This document shows positions 17,809 to 21,540 of a stretch of 21,540 bases of DNA, piece by piece. Position numbers and translations under genes: made by a program. This DNA is from Candidatus Bathyarchaeia archaeon (GTDB taxonomy: Archaea > Thermoproteota > Bathyarchaeia > Bathyarchaeales > Bathycorpusculaceae). Below the pieces are notes generated by a model. That model made no database searches and was not told the DNA's origin. It saw nothing but the letters and a program-made list of their open reading frames with translations. The DNA is taken from the NCBI GenBank assembly GCA_038883795.1, contig JAVZLK010000026.1, positions 1-21,540 on the forward strand. Direction: 5' to 3'. Positions within the stretch are counted from its first letter, which is position 1, and each line of letters opens with the position of its first letter.

Positions 17809-18267
17809 ATGGAAATGGAGACCATAATGGAATCAGCCGCTGATCATTATAGGCATCTTGGAGCAACCAGTTTATGTAGTGGACTTGCTATTGAATGTTT
17901 AATATCTCTTGAAAAATATCGAGTAACAAAAAATCAATCTGCCCTTAGACCCACCATATCAGAGTGCCAAATCTTTATCAAACAAACTATTGCTGCACTT
18001 AAGGAAGAAAAAGCTCCCTATCTTGTAAGAAGAGTATACCGAGAATTGTTAGATAAAAACAATACGAGCAGAGATGGATTATTAAGAGGCTGGCAAGCTG
18101 TTGATGATATAATATCCGAAATAAGGCAAGGTCATGAACCCGATGAGAAGCGTATAGATGAATGCATCAAATTTTTAAAGACCATCATATCTCAGTTTAA
18201 TGATATTAGCGAGCATCTGGAGAAGAAACTGTATGCCTCCTCCTGGTTCACAAGAGAACTCTGGTGA
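17809..18267 (+). CDS. Hypothetical all-alpha protein (152 aa)
   Basis: Intact ORF with amphipathic helices; GGTGA RBS at 17804-17808 (start may be ATG 17815); overlaps the next gene. Confidence 0.75.
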   Translation: MEMETIMESAADHYRHLGATSLCSGLAIECLISLEKYRVTKNQSALRPTISECQIFIKQTIAALKEEKAPYLVRRVYRELLDKNNTSRDGLLRGWQAVDDIISEIRQGHEPDEKRIDECIKFLKTIISQFNDISEHLEKKLYASSWFTRELW

Positions 18268-19483
18268 AACCGAATTATGGGAGCATCGAATTAAAGTTAT
18301 AATGAATGACTATGGAAATTATATCGAAAATGAGTTACCCTACATAACTATACCAGGCAAATACTCAGAATTCTTAAAAACGATAATAAGAGACTTACAC
18401 TCAAAGATCAAATCATCTCTTGAAAATTTGAGAGACCATGAATTATCAAGTGATATTGCTCTTATTCTTAGCGGAGCTACGAGATACAATTTATCTCGTG
18501 TATGGCACACGGTGCTTGATTTAACTCAGAATACCGTGGATGTCCCTAAAGATCTATATTTTTTCATGGACAGCGTTTATGAGCGCCTTGGCGGTGAAGA
18601 AGTGCCTTATTTTATTAAGCTTACCCTCACTAATTTAGTGCCAGGCACTGTAGACATCTGTAGATACGTTTTGCGGCCATTTCTTGTAAATCTACGGGAA
18701 GCTTTTGAGTATCTAACAAATAAAAAAGCCTATATTATTTTTGCAACACCCTCGCTGATGAAAAATCCCGTCGATTGGGCTCTTCTTATCCATGAGGCAG
18801 CTCATATTTTAGAGGAAGAGAAACTTCAGATTGTTATAAATTACTACCCTCAACTCAGGCAGGAATTGTATCTGGGTGGATATAACTTGGCCTCTACTTC
18901 ATCATTGGATGTTGAAGAAGCTATGCCAAACTGGGCATTAGAAATAGCATGCGATATATTAGCAACGATTTCGTGTGGACCTATTTTTGGCTATAGACTA
19001 TATGATAATTTTTTCAGGGAAGAAAAGAGTTTATACGGAACACATCCACCGATTAAAAAAAGGTTAAAGTTAATAGCGGATGAGCTGGAAAGATGTGGGT
19101 GGACGGAGGAAGCAAGTGATATAAAGGCTAAAATTAACTGCGTTCGTATGCAAGAGTTTATTGAGAATGTTTCGCTTCCAGAACATTGCGATAGGATCAT
19201 TGAAGATATACGGGCTAAAGCTAGAAGTGAAAAAATAGAGTATAAATGCACAGAGGAATTGCGAAAGCATATTAGCCTATTAGGAGAGAGACTAAACAAT
19301 TTAAAACCATGCATAACGGTTAAAGGAGAATATGTCGATTTGAAAGACTTACTAAATGCTTCGCAACATGTCAAGAAAGAGTTAGCAGAAACTCAAGAAT
19401 TTAAAGAATTTTTGGCAGATATGATTAGATTAATAACAACAAGGGACTTATATCGCAAATATGAATCATTGCTCACCAAGTAA
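18233..19483 (+). CDS. HEXXH gluzincin-like putative metallopeptidase (M48/Lit-like motif set)
   Basis: LLIHEAAH (HEAAH 18791-18805), third ligand EIACD (18941-18955), THPP-x3-R (from 19040); no obvious TM helices. ATG 18233 follows GGAGA; the ORF track starts at 18200. Confidence 0.75.
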   Translation: MPPPGSQENSGETELWEHRIKVIMNDYGNYIENELPYITIPGKYSEFLKTIIRDLHSKIKSSLENLRDHELSSDIALILSGATRYNLSRVWHTVLDLTQNTVDVPKDLYFFMDSVYERLGGEEVPYFIKLTLTNLVPGTVDICRYVLRPFLVNLREAFEYLTNKKAYIIFATPSLMKNPVDWALLIHEAAHILEEEKLQIVINYYPQLRQELYLGGYNLASTSSLDVEEAMPNWALEIACDILATISCGPIFGYRLYDNFFREEKSLYGTHPPIKKRLKLIADELERCGWTEEASDIKAKINCVRMQEFIENVSLPEHCDRIIEDIRAKARSEKIEYKCTEELRKHISLLGERLNNLKPCITVKGEYVDLKDLLNASQHVKKELAETQEFKEFLADMIRLITTRDLYRKYESLLTK

Positions 19484-20284
19484 TTTTTTTGATAGTGTCT
19501 TCTCATCTTTTTCGATCTTTTCTCGTATTTTATTTATGAGTTGCAGATCCTTATCTTCATATATTTTACTAGGAGTTGGCTTTGTTTGGCGATAATATTT
19601 TCTCTCGGTAGGCTCAAGCCCGCTATAACCAACTTCTACCTCTGGGATTTCAAAGAACAAAAGCCTAGCAATTCTCATCAAGGGTAACAGCTTTACGGGC
19701 ATTTTACCATCATTATGAAGCTCTAATGTCAAATGCCCTTCCCATCCCGGGTCAATGGAAGAAGCAGTTGAATGAACCACTACGCCAAGTCTTCCAAGCG
19801 AACTTCGTCCGTCAATCAATCCAAACAAATCACGAGAGAGTGATATATACTCAAAAGTTTGACAATTTACAAATTCACCTGGCTGAAGCGTATACTTACC
19901 CCTAAACAAATCTACTGTAACCAGTTTTGTAGAGTCATATGGGTCCATGCGTTCGTGGACTTCAACTATGCCCTTGCCAGTGTGTTTAGTTTCCAAAAAA
20001 TAGCAATCCAACCTCACATCAACAGAAGAAGATCCAATCTGGTTTTTCTCATCCAATATTGGAACGATAAAAATGCTCTCATTCTTTATGCGTTCTTCTA
20101 TATCCTTTTTGGTAAGCAACTTGCAATATCGCTTCATTTGTGCCAAAATATCCTCATACGCGTCTTTCCAGTTAGACAAAGATTTAGAGATGTGTTTCAC
20201 CCCACATTTAATTTTGTAACAGGTCTTTCTTAAATTTAACCATACTTCCCTAAACAGTTTTGAATTAGTCTCAATCTTAAGCAT
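19466..20284 (-). CDS. dcd: dCTP deaminase (trimeric dUTPase fold), possible ~55-aa N-terminal extension
   Basis: QIGSSSVDVRL, LQPGEF, DGRSSLGRLGVVVHSTA, IDPGWEGHLTLELHN (equivalents of E. coli Dcd S111/R115/H121/E138 retained), KYYRQ. The canonical core starts at TTG 20119 (LLTKKDI). Confidence 0.92.
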   Translation of the reverse strand: MLKIETNSKLFREVWLNLRKTCYKIKCGVKHISKSLSNWKDAYEDILAQMKRYCKLLTKKDIEERIKNESIFIVPILDEKNQIGSSSVDVRLDCYFLETKHTGKGIVEVHERMDPYDSTKLVTVDLFRGKYTLQPGEFVNCQTFEYISLSRDLFGLIDGRSSLGRLGVVVHSTASSIDPGWEGHLTLELHNDGKMPVKLLPLMRIARLLFFEIPEVEVGYSGLEPTERKYYRQTKPTPSKIYEDKDLQLINKIREKIEKDEKTLSKKLLGEQ

Positions 20285-20313
20285 AGTAAAATTCCATTCG
20301 ATTTGAACTTATA

Positions 20314-20478
20314 TCAGCTATGCATCTTTTCAATTACGAGATTCAACTTTTCTGCATATTGCAAGAACGCCATGCGTAGTGTTTCACTTTCGCTTTGTCC
20401 CAATTTTTCGCATATTCTGTCGAGTAGTTCTTTGTGTTATGGGCTTAAAACAACCCTTACAATATGTTTCTTTGCCAC
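20314..20478 (-). pseudogene. Ribbon-helix-helix (CopG/Arc-like) protein with an internal stop
   Basis: Manual translation VAKKHIVRVVLSP*HKELLDRICEKLGQSESETLRMAFLQYAEKLNLVIEKMHS*: alternating strand, helix A, G-x-S turn, helix B. TAA at 20439-20437. Confidence 0.75.
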
Positions 20479-20557
20479 TTTTTGACCATCCCATTGTATA
20501 ATTCAATTTATGTTTTGAAACATATATTTTTATAGGGCAGAGCATAAAAGGCGGGTT

Positions 20558-21274
20558 TTGGCTCTGCCTTGGGAAGAAACCGATCAGTATATTCGTTCTG
20601 GACACCGTAACCCAGACGACTTTGACCCTGACAGTTTTCGCACTATAACGCTTAGTGAAGATGAGGGAATAAAGGCTGTTGTTGGCAAGCTTAAGGGCGA
20701 AGATAAGACAACGGTGCAGAGCTACCTTTTTGACAAGGCTAAAAGCTGGACTGTTGAGAAGGCTAAGGCTTGGTTTGAAAAGCACCGTGAAGCCGTAGTT
20801 AAGGAGCATTTTAGCGCTATTTTACCCTTCAAGGTTTTGGAGAGGATTGTTGACAAGCCTTTACGCATTAAAGGCATTGCGATGACTGCGGGCATGAGCA
20901 GAAACTTCAACATTTACACGCCAGAAGAACTGCAAACCTTCGCCCAGAAGCTTGTTTCCGCTCCCGTCTACATCGAGCATGTTGCTGTTCCTAATGCTGT
21001 TGGCAAAGTAACGAAAACCGAATGGGATGGCGCTAACCTTTGGTATGAGGCTGAAATATACGTTAATGAAACAGCCGAAAGAATCTGCAAGGGCTTAATC
21101 CAACATGTAAGCGTAGGCGCAGACTACGAAACATTAGACGTTTTGGATGGCAAAGTGCCTCATGGCTTACAAAAGTCAAGATCCCATGATGCCCTTATGA
21201 ACAAACTGGCTTTTGGAGTAGAGAAAAAGGGAGTTTGCGGGGGATATCACCATAAAAGTGCGAGTCCGTACTAG
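20558..21274 (+). pseudogene. Truncated caudoviral prohead/maturation protease (HK97-like) with an extra N-terminal domain
   Basis: IKGIAMTAGMSRNFNIYTPEEL...PVYIEH...AVGKV...LWYEAEI...HVSVG fits the His/Ser assemblin-type pattern. The expected ELSLV-type strand is missing after GKVPHGL (~21170), where the frame runs into unrelated sequence. Confidence 0.72.
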
Positions 21275-21285
21275 ACTACGGGCCC
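21263..21285 (-). tRNA. 5' fragment of a tRNA gene (acceptor 5' strand plus D-arm start); isotype undetermined, A20 hints at Arg
   Basis: GGGCCCG-TA-GTCT-AGTACGGA matches T8, A14, G15, G18, G19; TATA box TTTATAT at 21316-21310. No anticodon arm, T arm or 3' acceptor strand follows. Confidence 0.6.
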
Positions 21286-21412
21286 AAATTATAAGATTGT
21301 TCTACTTCGATATAAATTCACGGAAGAGGATTTCGTTAGGCCTCCCTTTTGTTTTTGGGGTTGCAAAAGTTTTAAGTAAAGGGGCTGTTTTGTTAATTTT
21401 CGTGTGGTTTCG

Positions 21413-21540
21413 TTGTCGAAGGTTAAGTCTTCTGAACAGAAGTGCCCTCATGCTGAGGATGACCTTGAATTTTTAGGTGAACAAAAATATGAAGGCGGAG
21501 CAAACAGGTACTATAAGTGTTTAAAGTGTGGCAACGTTAT
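21413..21540 (+). CDS. Small Zn-ribbon-like protein (partial, runs off window)
   Basis: TTG start, MSKVKSSEQKCPHAEDDLEFLGEQKYEGGANRYYKCLKCGNV... (CPH...CxxC); TTTTAAGT box ~40 nt upstream. Confidence 0.6.
   Translation, partial: MSKVKSSEQKCPHAEDDLEFLGEQKYEGGANRYYKCLKCGNV

Larger units (their letters stand above)
11212..21262. mobile_element. Decayed provirus/integrative element carrying defence-like cargo (boundaries approximate)
   Basis: Integrase remnant at the left; RHH pseudogene, truncated prohead protease and a tRNA 5' fragment at the right; AT-rich cargo between. No att direct repeat found by eye. Confidence 0.7.

Noticed and set aside
19466-20284. Calling this the known AvcD-type antiviral dCTP deaminase
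   Set aside because: The motifs are trimeric dUTPase-fold Dcd; there is no HxE...PCxxC Zn motif or kinase domain.
20300-20308. GTTCAAATC on the minus strand as a tRNA T-loop (3' partner of the fragment)
   Set aside because: The flanks do not form a T stem and no acceptor 3' strand follows.
20303-21476. ORFs 20303-20485, 20384-20809, 20722-20913 and 21258-21476
   Set aside because: They overlap the RHH, protease, tRNA fragment or Zn-ribbon gene in other frames and look non-coding.
1-21540. CRISPR array, rRNA, IS element, att direct repeats
   Set aside because: No regularly spaced repeats, rRNA signatures, transposase motifs or convincing direct repeat were seen by eye; short repeats could have been missed.

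Overview
Archaeal DNA, judged from TATA-box promoters, GGTGA/GAGGTG ribosome-binding sites and an archaeal-type integrase; Bathyarchaeia is my best guess. The window has two parts. (1) 859-10753: an Lrp/AsnC regulator divergent from an 8-gene dicarboxylate operon. The operon encodes a small Cys-rich protein, a DASS transporter, an MmgE/PrpD enzyme, two-subunit Fe-S hydro-lyase (beta then alpha, with an unusual CQSPG motif), a fumarate-releasing lyase, and an anchor-less SdhA/TfrA plus SdhB-CCG/TfrB fumarate reductase. It looks like a pathway for an unknown N- or S-succinyl compound. (2) ~11200-21290: a decayed provirus-like element. It contains a shattered tyrosine integrase, a frameshifted DUF4209/HEPN gene, a wHTH gene, an RHH pseudogene and a truncated prohead protease, and ends at an orphan tRNA 5' fragment. 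Inside it lies an intact five-gene cassette (14579-20284): a catalytically dead long prokaryotic Argonaute with a Cys-rich insert, coupled to a wHTH protein; divergent from these across an 18-bp inverted repeat, a small helical protein and an HEXXH gluzincin; and a convergent dCTP deaminase. I do not recognise this cassette as a described pAgo system, and it is the best candidate for a new defence system here. All calls come from reading motifs by eye; no searches were run.
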